Shown one piece after another: positions 48,209 to 59,006 of a DNA stretch of 64,000 nucleotides. The notes below the pieces were generated by a model that did not search any database, was not told the DNA's origin, and worked only from the letters and a program-made list of their open reading frames with translations. The DNA is from an uncultured bacterium (GTDB taxonomy: Bacteria > Bacillota > Clostridia > Lachnospirales > Lachnospiraceae): positions 450 through 64,449 of the forward strand of contig CAMTMP010000008.1 in assembly GCA_947073545.1 (NCBI GenBank). Reading direction: 5' to 3'. Position 1 is the first letter of the stretch; every line of letters starts with the position of its first letter. The translations under genes were made by a program, and so were the position numbers.

Positions 48209-50082
48209 AAAAAATACTTCAAAGGGCAGTAAGGACAAAAGCGCATAGCAGTATGTATATTATGATTACTATCTCGATAGCGATGTTCTTTGTTTACACA
48301 GGATTAGTCGGCAATTCACAGATGGTCAGTGTTATGGATTCTATTGAGTACACATTGCCAGTGTGGATGACTGCCCTGATCTGTATCCTTGCTGTATTCT
48401 CATTTGTTTATTATCGCTATTTATGTATTTACACCCTGGACGAAAAGATGAAAGACTATGGGATTCTGGTCAGTATGGGGTATAACCAAAAGCGCATAAG
48501 TGAAGCCTTTCTGTGGATTATGGCAAAGTCAATGCTGCAGGCATTGCTGTGGGGCTTGTTGGCGGGGACCTTGCTGTATTTTATCATTTTGGATATTTTA
48601 AACCATGTCCTGGATATGGATTTTCATGCAGTTCCATTACAGGTGTATATTCTGGTGGGGACAGTGTATGCAGCAGTTTATCTCATAAATGCAGCCTCTT
48701 TGGGGAATCGTATGAATGGCCTGGAGATATCCGATATGCTGAACTATAAAAAGCTGGATAAAAGTATTGATTACCCCAGCCTGTATCAGAACATTGGTTT
48801 TGCACTGTTGGCATTTGGGCTGCTTTTGCTTACTTTCAAGGGAGAGTCCTATAATTTTGCATCAGCCCTTTTTCCCATGCTTTCTCTGACAGCAAGCGCA
48901 TACTGCCTCACAATGTCTTTTTCACACTGGTTTACCAAAATATTTATTCGTTCTACACAGAAGTACCACAGGAATTTATTTTACATCAGCCAGTTACGGA
49001 CGAATTATAAAAAATATGCGAAATTATTGACTGGCTGTACTATCATTGTCATTTTTGGATTGTTTATGATGATCATTGATGTATCGTTGGCGACTGACGA
49101 TGGAGACCATAGTTTTGAAATGCCTTATGATTTTACGGTGTACATGGATGCAGTTGACGGTGATGATCTGAAAGGTATAGAGGACTTTGAGTCACAGGAC
49201 GGTGCATTATTAAAGGATACCTGTCTGGTCAGGATATTAGATGGTGCCATCCAGTGGGAAGGACAGGAATTTAGCCGTTTGGTTCATGTGATGCCCGAAA
49301 GCAGTTATTTTGATCTGACAGGAAAACACTTAGGATTACAAAATGGTGAAATTGTGGTTTTGAGCCAGATTGACCGAAACTACTATGATATAGGCACTCA
49401 GGAAGAAAATGGAATGGAATGGGGCTTTCAGCCTCCCGGTCCTGTTTCCTTTTTGGTTGACGGTAAGGTGTATACCAGGACTATTGTAAAGGAAATATGG
49501 GAGATTGTATATAACATTGAAGATCAGGCACAGCGGGCTTATATCATTGCGGATGAAGATTATGAAGGTATTGTCAGCGAAGCCGGATATGACCAGATAA
49601 AGTATTTTATAGCTGTATCCAGTCCTGACAGCCTGCCAACAGTGTATGAACGGCTGCGTGAGATCAGTCCGGTCATAACAGCAAAAGCAGCGAATCTTGA
49701 AACACAGGCGCAAAATAAACTTGTGGTATCTGTCCTTATTCTGCTGGCGGTCATGCTGCTGCTGTTTTCATTAGTGAGCCTGATTTTGTTACGGATCAAT
49801 CAGGATATAAGTGAAGAAAAGAGAAAGTACAGCAACCTTTTTTCTATTGGATATACCTATGCCCAATTACAGGGAGAGATACGCAAAGAGATGGCTACAC
49901 TGTTTTTTATTCCCCTTGTATTAGGCTCGCTTATTTCTATTATGTATGCACTGCTTGCGAGCAGCAGAACCAGCCTTCGGCAAGTCATAGTGACTTTTGG
50001 AGTGACATTGCTATTCGCTGCAGTCCAATATGGCTTTTACAGGGTGGCAACAAGGGCATTGGGCAGACAATATTTAAATTAG
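48205..50082 (+). CDS. FtsX-like ABC permease (BceB-like)
   Basis: [10 protein letters not shown] and KYSNLFSIG motifs, TM clusters flanking a large extracellular loop. TTG start overlaps the ATPase stop. Confidence 0.85.
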   Translation: MKKILQRAVRTKAHSSMYIMITISIAMFFVYTGLVGNSQMVSVMDSIEYTLPVWMTALICILAVFSFVYYRYLCIYTLDEKMKDYGILVSMGYNQKRISEAFLWIMAKSMLQALLWGLLAGTLLYFIILDILNHVLDMDFHAVPLQVYILVGTVYAAVYLINAASLGNRMNGLEISDMLNYKKLDKSIDYPSLYQNIGFALLAFGLLLLTFKGESYNFASALFPMLSLTASAYCLTMSFSHWFTKIFIRSTQKYHRNLFYISQLRTNYKKYAKLLTGCTIIVIFGLFMMIIDVSLATDDGDHSFEMPYDFTVYMDAVDGDDLKGIEDFESQDGALLKDTCLVRILDGAIQWEGQEFSRLVHVMPESSYFDLTGKHLGLQNGEIVVLSQIDRNYYDIGTQEENGMEWGFQPPGPVSFLVDGKVYTRTIVKEIWEIVYNIEDQAQRAYIIADEDYEGIVSEAGYDQIKYFIAVSSPDSLPTVYERLREISPVITAKAANLETQAQNKLVVSVLILLAVMLLLFSLVSLILLRINQDISEEKRKYSNLFSIGYTYAQLQGEIRKEMATLFFIPLVLGSLISIMYALLASSRTSLRQVIVTFGVTLLFAAVQYGFYRVATRALGRQYLN

Positions 50083-50098
50083 GGGAGGACAGGATATT

Positions 50099-50551
50099 AT
50101 GGATTTTTCAGAAAAACTACTGACATTGCGGAAAGCCAATGACATGACACAGGAGCAGCTTGCTGAAAAACTTGATGTTTCGAGACAGTCCATTTCAAAG
50201 TGGGAAAGTGGGCAGGCAACTCCCGAACTGGAAAAAATAGTGGCAATGAGCGCGGTTTTTAATGTCACGACTGATTATCTGCTAAAGTCATCGGAAATAG
50301 ACGACTTGTCAGTAAAAACGGAAATGCTGGAAAAACAGCAGCAGATGATGCTTGGGCGGGAGGAAAAACAGCGACAGGTATTTAGCTGTATCATGTACTC
50401 GGCTGCAGTATATCTGGTATTTTTTGCGGTATGCTTTATTGAGCGCTTTTTCTTTCATGAGTTCGATGTATCAGGTGGCCAAGAGATCCTTTTTGCAGAA
50501 TTTCTTATAGCGACTGCCGCAGTGGTTTTTATATGTGTAAAGAAACGATAA
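50099..50551 (+). CDS. XRE family HTH regulator with C-terminal TM segments
   Basis: [23 protein letters not shown] followed by two hydrophobic segments. Confidence 0.9.
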   Translation: MDFSEKLLTLRKANDMTQEQLAEKLDVSRQSISKWESGQATPELEKIVAMSAVFNVTTDYLLKSSEIDDLSVKTEMLEKQQQMMLGREEKQRQVFSCIMYSAAVYLVFFAVCFIERFFFHEFDVSGGQEILFAEFLIATAAVVFICVKKR

Positions 50552-50622
50552 GAAAATGACTAAAACATACCCCAATATAAAATAGATTCTGAAAAAGATG
50601 ATTAAGCGGCATAGCACCACAC

Positions 50623-50646
50623 GATTTTCCGGACGTCCGGAAAATC
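50623..50646. repeat. Perfect 24-bp palindrome
   Basis: gattttccggac|gtccggaaaatc, with no loop. Confidence 0.85.
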
Positions 50647-50684
50647 TTTATGATGCAACTTCCATAAAGTGTCTCAAAAAAGAG

Positions 50685-50713
50685 TTGACAAACCCGTTTT
50701 TTTCGTTTACATT
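50685..50713 (+). promoter_or_regulatory. SigA promoter of tyrS
   Basis: TTGACA-N17-TACATT. Confidence 0.65.
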
Positions 50714-50747
50714 ATAAGGCAGTAAAACAACATATGACACAATATGA

Positions 50748-51046
50748 CAGGCGTTGAAGAGAACAAGTAGTGGATCAGGAAACGGACAGAAAGCAGCCGG
50801 CGGATGAGAGGCGCGCGGGAACTTTTCCATGAATACATCTCGGAGCTTTGCGGCAGAATGGCGAATGAGCAGCTTAGTAGGCCGCGACGGAGGAATGCAC
50901 GTTACAGCAGGAGAGTATCGTCAGAGAAGGATAGCATATGTTATCTATGATCGTACTCATTGAGGCAGCCGGTGTGAGCCGTCTGTGAAATTAGGTGGTA
51001 ACGCGAGTCTAAACCCTCGTCCTGATAACAGGACGGGGGTATTTTG
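50748..51046 (+). promoter_or_regulatory. T-box riboswitch, Tyr specifier
   Basis: GAA-TAC specifier (TAC at 50834-50836), T-box AATTAGGTGGTAACGCG (50989-51005) and terminator ccctcgtcctg/caggacggggg plus T-tract. Directly upstream of tyrS. Confidence 0.92.
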
Positions 51047-51084
51047 CGCGACTCAGCAGAGTCAGAAGAAGGGAGAAAATTAAG

Positions 51085-52308
51085 ATGGGAATCTACGAAG
51101 AATTACAGGCGAGAGGACTTCTCGCACAGCTCACAAACGCGGAGGAAATTCGTGAGCTGATTAACAACGGAAAGGCGACCTTCTATATCGGTTTCGATCC
51201 CACAGCGGACAGCCTGCATGTAGGACATTTCATGGCATTATGCCTGATGAAGAGATTACAGGAGGCAGGCAATAAGCCTATCGCCCTGATCGGCGGAGGA
51301 ACGGCCATGATCGGTGATCCTTCCGGACGGACGGACATGCGCTCCATGATGACGAAGGAGACCATTGAGCACAATTGCGAGTGCTTTAAGAAACAGATGA
51401 GCCGTTTTATCGACTTTTCCGAGGGCAGGGCGCTGATGGTGAACAATGCCGATTGGCTTCTCGACTTAAATTACGTGGAATTTATCAGGGATGTGGGCGC
51501 CTGCTTTTCCGTAAACAATATGCTCCGCGCGGAGTGCTACAAGCAGAGGATGGAAAAGGGACTGAGCTTCCTTGAGTTTAACTATATGATTATGCAAAGC
51601 TACGATTTTCTGGAGCTCTATAAGAGATACGGCTGCAATATGCAGTTTGGCGGGGACGATCAGTGGAGCAATATGCTTGGCGGCACGGATCTGATCCGCA
51701 GAAAGCTTTCCAAGGACGCTTACGCCATGACTATCACTCTTCTTATGAACTCTGAGGGGAAAAAGATGGGCAAGACCCAGAAAGGCGCGGTGTGGCTTGA
51801 TCCCGCCAAGACGACTCCCTTTGAGTTTTATCAGTACTGGCGAAACGTGGATGATGCGGACGTACTCAAGTGTCTGCGGATGCTCACCTTCCTGCCGCTA
51901 GAGAAAATCGATGAGATGGACGGCTGGGAGGGCAGCCAGCTGAACGAAGCGAAGGAAATTCTGGCGTATGAGCTGACCAGTCTGGTACACGGCGAGGAAG
52001 AAGCAGAGAAAGCGAAGGAGGCATCGAAAGCGCTGTTTGCAGGGGGCGGAAGCTCCGAAAATATGCCTACAGTGAGCTTGACGGAGGCGGATTATAAGGA
52101 AGGCAGGATAGATATTCAGGGCGTTTTGGTGGCAGCCGGTCTGGCGGCATCCCGCTCGGAGGCCCGCAGGGCCGTGGAGCAGGGCGGCGTGACCGTAAAG
52201 GGCGAGAAGGTGACGGATTTAAAGACCTGCTACACGAAAGAGGATATCGCGGCCGAAGAATTTATCGTGAAGAAGGGCAAGAAGAGCTTTAAAAAGATTC
52301 TGGCCTAG
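51085..52308 (+). CDS. tyrS: Tyrosine--tRNA ligase
   Basis: [15 protein letters not shown] (HIGH), [14 protein letters not shown] (KMSKS) and C-terminal S4 domain. Confidence 0.97.
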   Translation: MGIYEELQARGLLAQLTNAEEIRELINNGKATFYIGFDPTADSLHVGHFMALCLMKRLQEAGNKPIALIGGGTAMIGDPSGRTDMRSMMTKETIEHNCECFKKQMSRFIDFSEGRALMVNNADWLLDLNYVEFIRDVGACFSVNNMLRAECYKQRMEKGLSFLEFNYMIMQSYDFLELYKRYGCNMQFGGDDQWSNMLGGTDLIRRKLSKDAYAMTITLLMNSEGKKMGKTQKGAVWLDPAKTTPFEFYQYWRNVDDADVLKCLRMLTFLPLEKIDEMDGWEGSQLNEAKEILAYELTSLVHGEEEAEKAKEASKALFAGGGSSENMPTVSLTEADYKEGRIDIQGVLVAAGLAASRSEARRAVEQGGVTVKGEKVTDLKTCYTKEDIAAEEFIVKKGKKSFKKILA

Positions 52309-52422
52309 ACGCCGGGAGGAAACAGGCGAAGGACCGGGAAGATCCGTGAGGTGCAAGGAGATAGGAAGGATCATGTCCGGAAGAGATGAAACAGGTTGTA
52401 TCATAGAAAGAGAGGTGTCGGT

Positions 52423-53406
52423 ATGGAAAAGAGAGCTAAAGGAAGAACACTCATGTCCTATGCGCCGGATATAAAGGTGGTGGACTGTACGCTGCGGGAC
52501 GGCGGACTGGTAAATGACTTTTATTTTACGGATGAGTTTGTAAAAGGGCTGTACCGAGCGAATATTAAGGCTGGTGTGGACTACATGGAGTTCGGCTATA
52601 AGGCTTCCAAAGAGATGTTTGATGTAAATAAGTTCGGTAAGTGGAAATTCTGTGACGACAAGGACATTCGCGCCGTTGTGGGCGACAATAAAACGGATAT
52701 GAAGATCGCTGTGATGGCGGATGTGGGGCGGTGTGATTTCAGAAAAGACATTCTGAACAAGAAGGACAGTCCTGTGGATCTGGTACGGGTTGCAACGTAT
52801 ATCAATACCATACCGGCCGCTATTGAACTGATCGAGGATTGCACGAAGAAGGGCTATGAGACGACGGTGAACATCATGGCTATCTCCAAGGCCAGTGAGA
52901 CGGATCTGGACGCGGCGCTCGACCTGCTGGGCGCAAGCAGTGTGGGGACGATTTATCTGGTAGACAGCTACGGGTCTCTGTACCCGGAACAGGCGAGACG
53001 GCTTGCGGACAAGTATCTGGAAGTGGCGACAAAGTACGGGAAAAAGGTTGGGATACACGCGCACAACAACCAGCAGCTTGCTTTTGCCAATACGACGGAG
53101 GTTGTCATCATGGGCGTAAGCTATCTGGACGCCACGGTAAACGGCATGGGACGTGGCTGCGGAAACTGCCCGAGCGAATTGCTTCTGGGCTTTTTGAAGA
53201 ACCCCAAGTACAATGTCAATCCGATTCTTCGCTTTATAGAGAGGGAGATCAATCCTTTAAAAGAGTCCGGTGTGTCATGGGGCTATGATGTGCCCTATCT
53301 TCTGACCGGACTTCTGAACCAGCATCCGAAGTCTGCGATCCAGTTTATGAAGGAGAACAGAAAGGATTATTACGAGTTTTATCTGGAACTGCTGGAGAGT
53401 TTTTAG
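52423..53406 (+). CDS. DRE-TIM (HMGL-like) aldolase catalytic domain protein
   Basis: VDCTLRDGG, YLVDSYGS, GIHAHNNQQLA and GMGRGCGN. AGAGGTG RBS before 52423. Confidence 0.85.
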   Translation: MEKRAKGRTLMSYAPDIKVVDCTLRDGGLVNDFYFTDEFVKGLYRANIKAGVDYMEFGYKASKEMFDVNKFGKWKFCDDKDIRAVVGDNKTDMKIAVMADVGRCDFRKDILNKKDSPVDLVRVATYINTIPAAIELIEDCTKKGYETTVNIMAISKASETDLDAALDLLGASSVGTIYLVDSYGSLYPEQARRLADKYLEVATKYGKKVGIHAHNNQQLAFANTTEVVIMGVSYLDATVNGMGRGCGNCPSELLLGFLKNPKYNVNPILRFIEREINPLKESGVSWGYDVPYLLTGLLNQHPKSAIQFMKENRKDYYEFYLELLESF

Positions 53407-53479
53407 TAGAATAGCAAGTGGTATTTATACGATTGATGTCAAAACATACAACTGCCTGTGGCGGGGCGCTCACTGGAAA

Positions 53480-55228
53480 ATGAAGTTAAGAATTAGGAAT
53501 ATACAGGAGAGATGGGCTGTGAAATTGCATAGAGATGACGATCTGGAGTTTGTGGATCTGGATGATGAAGAATACGGACTGCCAAAGGAGGCAGAAGGCC
53601 AGGATGAGGAGGAACTGTTTGACGAGGAGTTGGATGAGAGAACGCTCCGCTTTGTGCACAGGGTGCTTTTTCCTTCTGTCATAGGGGTTGTGGGTTTACT
53701 CGTTTTGGCGGCGGCCTTCTTTCTGTTTCGTGGGACCAGGGACGATGAGGGCGAGGCGCAGCCTGCGATGGAAATGCTTTCCGAAGAGCGAAAGACGGAG
53801 GGAGATTCGAAACAGGAGGAATCGGATGCTGCTTTGCAGGGAGCACGGGAAGAATCACCGCAGGAGGCAGAGTCGACGGATTCTTTGAAAGGAGAAACGG
53901 CGTCGGAGGGGGAGAGCGAAGAGCCTGTGCGGGAAGAGCAAGATCCGGAGACGGAGACGATGAGCACGGAACAGGGCACGGAGGTGGATGTAAGCGCTCT
54001 TCTTTCCTCTGAAGCGGCGGCGGAGACCGATGAGATCACTTTTGGAATCGACGTGGCGAGATATCAGGGGACGATTGACTGGGCGCAGGTGGCGGCTTCC
54101 GGCATCGATTTTGCTATGGTGCGCGTGGGATACCGCATGGATAAAAGCCGGGAGATCGTTGCTGACAGTAACGCCCGTTATAATATGCAGGAAGCACAGA
54201 AAAACGGCATTAAACTGGGTGTGTATTTCTTTTCCACGGCAGTCAGTGAGGAGGAAGCGAAAGCAGAGGCGGACTGGACGGCGGATTATATCGCGCAGTA
54301 TCAGATCACATATCCGGTGGCATTTGACTGCGAAGGCTTTGAGCGGGCGGAAAGCGCGCAGTACGGCTTGTCCGCCGCGCAGAGGACAGACATAGCCATT
54401 GCCTTTCTGAATAGAATTTATGAGAGGGGTTACACGCCCATGTTTTACTCCTCCATGCATGAAATGACAGGCGATGCGAAGTGGGAGACTTCCCGGATTG
54501 AGAAAAACTACCGGATCTGGGTATCTCAGTATCCTTCGTCGCCGTATCCCCAGACGGAAAAGTCTTCTTATGGCGGCGTACATGCCATGTGGCAGTACAC
54601 CAACCGGGGAACGGTTGCGGGCATCAGTCAGCCAGTGGATGTGAATATTGCCTACTTTGGCTACGAGGGTACGGCGGGTGCGCAGAGCGAGGAGAAGCCA
54701 GAGGAGGCGCAGGCGGATGTGGAGGCGCTTATGTCGTTTGCGGCGGTAGAGGAGGAAGTGACCGCAAAGGACTCCACCAATCTGCGAAATATCCCAAGCC
54801 AGGGGGAGGACAGCACGGTAGTGTATATCCTAAAAAACGGGGAGACGGTTAAGCGGACGGGCGTAAGTGACAGCGGCTGGTCAAGGCTTACATACAATGA
54901 TCAGACAGTCTATGCGGTGAGCAGCTATTTGACCACAGACCTTGGCTATCAGACGCCGAAGACAGAGACGCAGGAGGGTGCGGGCAGCGGAGACGGACTT
55001 AAGACGAAGTTTGCCGAGAGAAACGAACAGGTGACGGCAAAGATTGAGGTCAATCTGCGCGCGCTTCCCAGTGTGACAAATCCGGACGCCGTGGTGGCTG
55101 CTGTATTACATAACGGAGAGTATGCCACAAGGACGGGGATCAATGAAGATTATGGCTGGTCGCGGGTAGAGTATAACGGGCAGACATTATATGCCATAAG
55201 CAGTTATCTTCTTGCGTCCGGTGAGTAG
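53480..55228 (+). CDS. GH25 lysozyme with N-terminal membrane anchor and C-terminal SH3b domains
   Basis: FGIDVARYQGTIDW, PVAFDCE, MWQYTNRG and two SH3-like repeats (NLR..PS...GWSR..YN). The start may be GTG 53519. Confidence 0.9.
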   Translation: MKLRIRNIQERWAVKLHRDDDLEFVDLDDEEYGLPKEAEGQDEEELFDEELDERTLRFVHRVLFPSVIGVVGLLVLAAAFFLFRGTRDDEGEAQPAMEMLSEERKTEGDSKQEESDAALQGAREESPQEAESTDSLKGETASEGESEEPVREEQDPETETMSTEQGTEVDVSALLSSEAAAETDEITFGIDVARYQGTIDWAQVAASGIDFAMVRVGYRMDKSREIVADSNARYNMQEAQKNGIKLGVYFFSTAVSEEEAKAEADWTADYIAQYQITYPVAFDCEGFERAESAQYGLSAAQRTDIAIAFLNRIYERGYTPMFYSSMHEMTGDAKWETSRIEKNYRIWVSQYPSSPYPQTEKSSYGGVHAMWQYTNRGTVAGISQPVDVNIAYFGYEGTAGAQSEEKPEEAQADVEALMSFAAVEEEVTAKDSTNLRNIPSQGEDSTVVYILKNGETVKRTGVSDSGWSRLTYNDQTVYAVSSYLTTDLGYQTPKTETQEGAGSGDGLKTKFAERNEQVTAKIEVNLRALPSVTNPDAVVAAVLHNGEYATRTGINEDYGWSRVEYNGQTLYAISSYLLASGE

Positions 55229-55347
55229 TGTCCGAATGACAGATATTGGCAGCAGTATGCTGACGAACCGGTATATGGCGGCTTTGCCTAGGCGAAGCCC
55301 TTGATGTGTATGAAAGAGCATATTTATTTATATGAAGGAGGAACCAC

Positions 55348-56202
55348 ATGAGAACAACAGTTGCAGACAGGCAGTTCGATGAGGAGCGGGCGTTATATAA
55401 TTTGCGGGAAGCGGACGTAAAGAATTGTGTTTTTGCGGGACCGGCGGATGGAGAGTCGGTTCTGAAAGAGTCTCGTGACGTGAATCTGACAGACTGCACC
55501 TTCTCTCTGAGATACCCTCTGTGGCACGTGAAAAAGTTTGCCATGGAGCATTCAACCATGGATGAACTGACGAGAGCGGCAATTTGGTATGCGTCGGACG
55601 GCGTGATACGAAATTCCACACTGGGCGGCATCAAGGCGGTCAGGGAGTGCGAACGGCTCCGGCTTGAGAACTGCCATATTGTGTCGCAGGAGTTTGGATG
55701 GAAATCAGGAGAAATTACGCTGACAGATTCGCAGATCGAGTCGGAGTATCTGTTTTTTGACAGCAGGAACGTAAAACTGGAGCGGGTGCAAATGAAAGGG
55801 AAATATTCCTTCCAGTATATGAAAGATCTGGAGATTACGGATTGTGTGCTGGATACCAAGGATGCTTTTTGGCACAGTGAGAACGTGACAGTCAGAAATT
55901 CCGTGGTGAAAGGGGAATATCTGGCATGGTTTTCCGACGGCCTCACCCTGATTGACTGTAAGGTCATCGGAACCCAGCCGTTATGTTACTGCAAAAACTT
56001 AAAGCTCGTCAACTGTACGATGGAGGATACGGATTTGTCTTTCGAGTATTCGGATGTGGAGGCGGATGTGAAAGGGCATGTCCTTTCCATCAAAAATCCG
56101 AAATCGGGGACGATTACGGTGGACAGCGTGGGAGAAATCATAGAAGAAGCACCTGTTATGGAATGTTCGGGTGAAGTTGTGATTCGTGAGAATAACGGGT
56201 GA
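55348..56202 (+). CDS. DUF3737 family protein
   Basis: ERALY, GESVLKE, RYPLWH, KGKYSFQY, DTKDAFWH and TQPLCY beta-helix motifs. Confidence 0.88.
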   Translation: MRTTVADRQFDEERALYNLREADVKNCVFAGPADGESVLKESRDVNLTDCTFSLRYPLWHVKKFAMEHSTMDELTRAAIWYASDGVIRNSTLGGIKAVRECERLRLENCHIVSQEFGWKSGEITLTDSQIESEYLFFDSRNVKLERVQMKGKYSFQYMKDLEITDCVLDTKDAFWHSENVTVRNSVVKGEYLAWFSDGLTLIDCKVIGTQPLCYCKNLKLVNCTMEDTDLSFEYSDVEADVKGHVLSIKNPKSGTITVDSVGEIIEEAPVMECSGEVVIRENNG

Positions 56203-56366
56203 TTCAACAAAAATAGCAAATGTTACCAAGCGATATTGCGACAGAAAAGACAGTGGCAGAGTGGTTTACTTAAGTTGGAAAATCCGATCTGTGTCGGAGA
56301 AGAAAAAGGAAAAGCGGGTTATATATTAAAGGATATTTTAATATATGACCTGCTTTTCTTATTGGT

Positions 56367-57467
56367 TTAATTTTTATATATGGCTTTCAAGTGATCCATT
56401 CTGGCTCCGGCATTTACCAGAAGCGCATCCAAAATAGTAATGGCGGCCATGGACTCTACCACCACGACGGCTCTTGGAACGATCACGGGATCGTGTCGGC
56501 CTTTGATGGAAATACGCACCTCCTCCTTCTGCCTGTTTACGGTATCCTGAGGGGAGAAAATAGAGGGCGTCGGTTTTATGTGGGCGCGCAGCACAATCTG
56601 CGAGCCGTCGCTGATGCCGCCGAGTATGCCTCCGGCATGATTAGAGGCTTTTACGATCTGCCCCTTCTTCATGCGGAAAGGGTCGTTGTTGGAGGAGCCG
56701 CTGCGGGTAGAAACCTCGATACCGTCGCCGATTTCCACGGCTTTGACTGCGCCTACGGACATAACCGCTTTTGCCAGATTGGCGTCCAGTTTCTCAAACA
56801 CGGGATCTCCCAGTCCCGCTGGCACGCCGTCTATCAGGCATTCGATCACACCTCCCGCGGAGTCGTAATTGCTCATGCAGTCCGAAAGATATTTTTCAGC
56901 GCGGGCGGAGGCATCTCGGTCAGGCATGGAAGTAGGGGTTTCCGTGATAGCGGCCGGATCAAAGGAGGCCGGATCAATGCTTATGGGACCGATCGATTTT
57001 GTGTAGGCCATAAGGCGTATGCCGAATTCGGAGAGAGCTTTTGCGGCGATGGCGCCGGCAGCCACGCGGCCGACGGTTTCTCTGCCGGAGGATCTTCCGC
57101 CTCCACGGTAATCGCGGAACCCGTATTTTTGATCAAAAGTATAGTCGGCGTGGCCGGGGCGGTAGCATGCTGCGATTTCCGAATAGTCTTTGGATCGCTG
57201 TGAGGTGTTTCTGATCAGTAGGGAAATAGGCGTTCCCGTGGTCCTTCCTTCAAAAACGCCGGAGAGAATCTCCACGGCGTCCGCTTCCTTGCGGGGGGTG
57301 GTAATTTTGCTCTGGCCGGGCTTTCTTCTGTCTAGATATGACTGGATATCGTTTACGGTAAGTGGTAATCCGGCGGGGCAGCCGTCCACGACAACGCCGA
57401 GTCCGGCGCCGTGTGATTCTCCCCATGTAGTGATTCGATAGATAATTCCGAGTGTTGAACCTGCCAT
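56367..57467 (-). CDS. aroC: Chorismate synthase
   Basis: TWGESHG, YRPGHAD, GGGRSSGRET, NHAGGILGGIS and GRHDP. Start MAGSTLG at 57467. Confidence 0.97.
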   Translation of the reverse strand: MAGSTLGIIYRITTWGESHGAGLGVVVDGCPAGLPLTVNDIQSYLDRRKPGQSKITTPRKEADAVEILSGVFEGRTTGTPISLLIRNTSQRSKDYSEIAACYRPGHADYTFDQKYGFRDYRGGGRSSGRETVGRVAAGAIAAKALSEFGIRLMAYTKSIGPISIDPASFDPAAITETPTSMPDRDASARAEKYLSDCMSNYDSAGGVIECLIDGVPAGLGDPVFEKLDANLAKAVMSVGAVKAVEIGDGIEVSTRSGSSNNDPFRMKKGQIVKASNHAGGILGGISDGSQIVLRAHIKPTPSIFSPQDTVNRQKEEVRISIKGRHDPVIVPRAVVVVESMAAITILDALLVNAGARMDHLKAIYKN

Positions 57468-57891
57468 TGTCTGATCCTTTCTGAAATAGTGTGAAGTTTT
57501 CTGAAAACAACATGCAGGATATCCTGCATAATTAAATTGCATATGAAATATAAAATGTACAATTAAATACAAGCAGGGCGGCAGCCGTTCTAAATTATAT
57601 GTGCGAAAAAAAGAATAACGCATAGTAGGTATGAAGAAAAGCACGGTTTTGCCCGTATTCAGCATATCATATTTTGTTTAAAAAGCAAGAGCAGCGTATG
57701 GAAAAAAAGCACGGGAAAAACGGTGTGCGGGGTGTGGGAAGGGAGTAGAGACAAAAAATCAAATCAAGGAGGAAAAGAAATAAAAAAAAGGGAGAAATAT
57801 GACAGATTTACATAAAAAAGGGGTGTACAAATAAATTTTATGTGTTATGATATATGACAGAATTGCAGGAGAAGAAGGTTCGAGGGCTGAA

Positions 57892-58944
57892 ATGGAAAAA
57901 ACATTTCGACAAAAAATAATAACATACTTTACCGGTACAGCCAAAAAAAACAGACTCTTGAAATATCCCTGTCTGGCGGGGATGTCTTTGGCGCTTATGT
58001 TCTGTTATTTGGGTATACATTTTCAATCCAACGGAAAGCGTTATGCCAGCATGTTTTTTGTGGTTGTCTTTTTTATGAGCAGCTGCAGTTTTTCTTTCGC
58101 CGTGTTTGCTGAGCGCACAGGGTTTACCGGCGCGCAGGAAACTTACAGCGCAATTGTGGAAACCTCTGACGTATCGTTGGCGGTGGTTGAACCGGTGAAT
58201 CCGGTGGTCGAGGAGATTCTGGAAGAGGGGAATATAGTGTCTGCGGAGCATGATGTGAACACAGAGACATACACGCTGGATGATCTGCTGGAGCACCATG
58301 GGCACGATCATGACATGGATTCGTATGAGAAAACGGCCGGGACAGAGCAGGGGACGGGAACGGAACTTGCTTTCGATAACGCCGACTGGCGTCTTGTACT
58401 TATCAATAAGCAGCATCCCATTCCCGAGGATTATGATTTTAAACTGGGGACCTTTACATCAGGTATGCGCTGTGATGAGCGTGTGATAGAAGACTTGCTG
58501 CTTATGATGCAGGCGGCGAAACAGGAGGACTTAAATCTGGTGGTCAGATCCCCATACAGGACATCCGATCATCAGGAAGACAATTTTAACGACAGAATCA
58601 AATCCTATATGAGACAGGGGTTATCTTATATGGAGGCTTACAAGGCGACTTCTAGAGTCATTACGGTTCCCGGATGCAGCGAACACGAGGTGGGATTGGC
58701 GCTTGATATTACTTCAGACACCTTCATTCCGCTGCAGCAGGGCTTTGCGGAAACGGAGGAGGGCAAGTGGCTGGAGGCACATTGTCATGAGTACGGTTTT
58801 ATTCTGCGTTATCCTTTCGGCAAGGAATATATCACCGGCATTGAGTATGAGCCGTGGCATTTCCGTTATGTGGGCCGGGAGGCGGCGGCGGTCATGAAGG
58901 CTGAGGAACTGTGTCTGGAAGAATTTTGGGATAGATATCTATAG
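57892..58944 (+). CDS. M15 family D-Ala-D-Ala carboxypeptidase (VanY-like) with N-terminal membrane anchor
   Basis: SPYR, PGCSEHEVGLALD, YGFILRYP and EPWHFRYVG. The start may be 57847. Confidence 0.9.
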   Translation: MEKTFRQKIITYFTGTAKKNRLLKYPCLAGMSLALMFCYLGIHFQSNGKRYASMFFVVVFFMSSCSFSFAVFAERTGFTGAQETYSAIVETSDVSLAVVEPVNPVVEEILEEGNIVSAEHDVNTETYTLDDLLEHHGHDHDMDSYEKTAGTEQGTGTELAFDNADWRLVLINKQHPIPEDYDFKLGTFTSGMRCDERVIEDLLLMMQAAKQEDLNLVVRSPYRTSDHQEDNFNDRIKSYMRQGLSYMEAYKATSRVITVPGCSEHEVGLALDITSDTFIPLQQGFAETEEGKWLEAHCHEYGFILRYPFGKEYITGIEYEPWHFRYVGREAAAVMKAEELCLEEFWDRYL

Positions 58945-59006
58945 TTATTTCTAAAAAAATGCAGCAGATAGAATGGGGACGGGGTTACGAAACCCGGAAA
59001 AGAGGT

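Noticed and set aside
55140-55967. 275-aa minus-strand ORF, and similar long antisense ORFs at 15624, 25701, 37051, 52219 and 56391
   Set aside because: Each is antisense to a well-supported gene, and none has a recognisable motif. This is expected with GC-biased codons.
57892-58944. VanY-like gene as vancomycin resistance
   Set aside because: No vanHAX, vanRS or D-Ala-D-Lac ligase gene is nearby. Stand-alone M15 carboxypeptidases are housekeeping enzymes.
58945-59006. preQ1 riboswitch upstream of tgt
   Set aside because: Only a small gggtt/aaccc hairpin is present, without the preQ1 loop or A-rich tail consensus.
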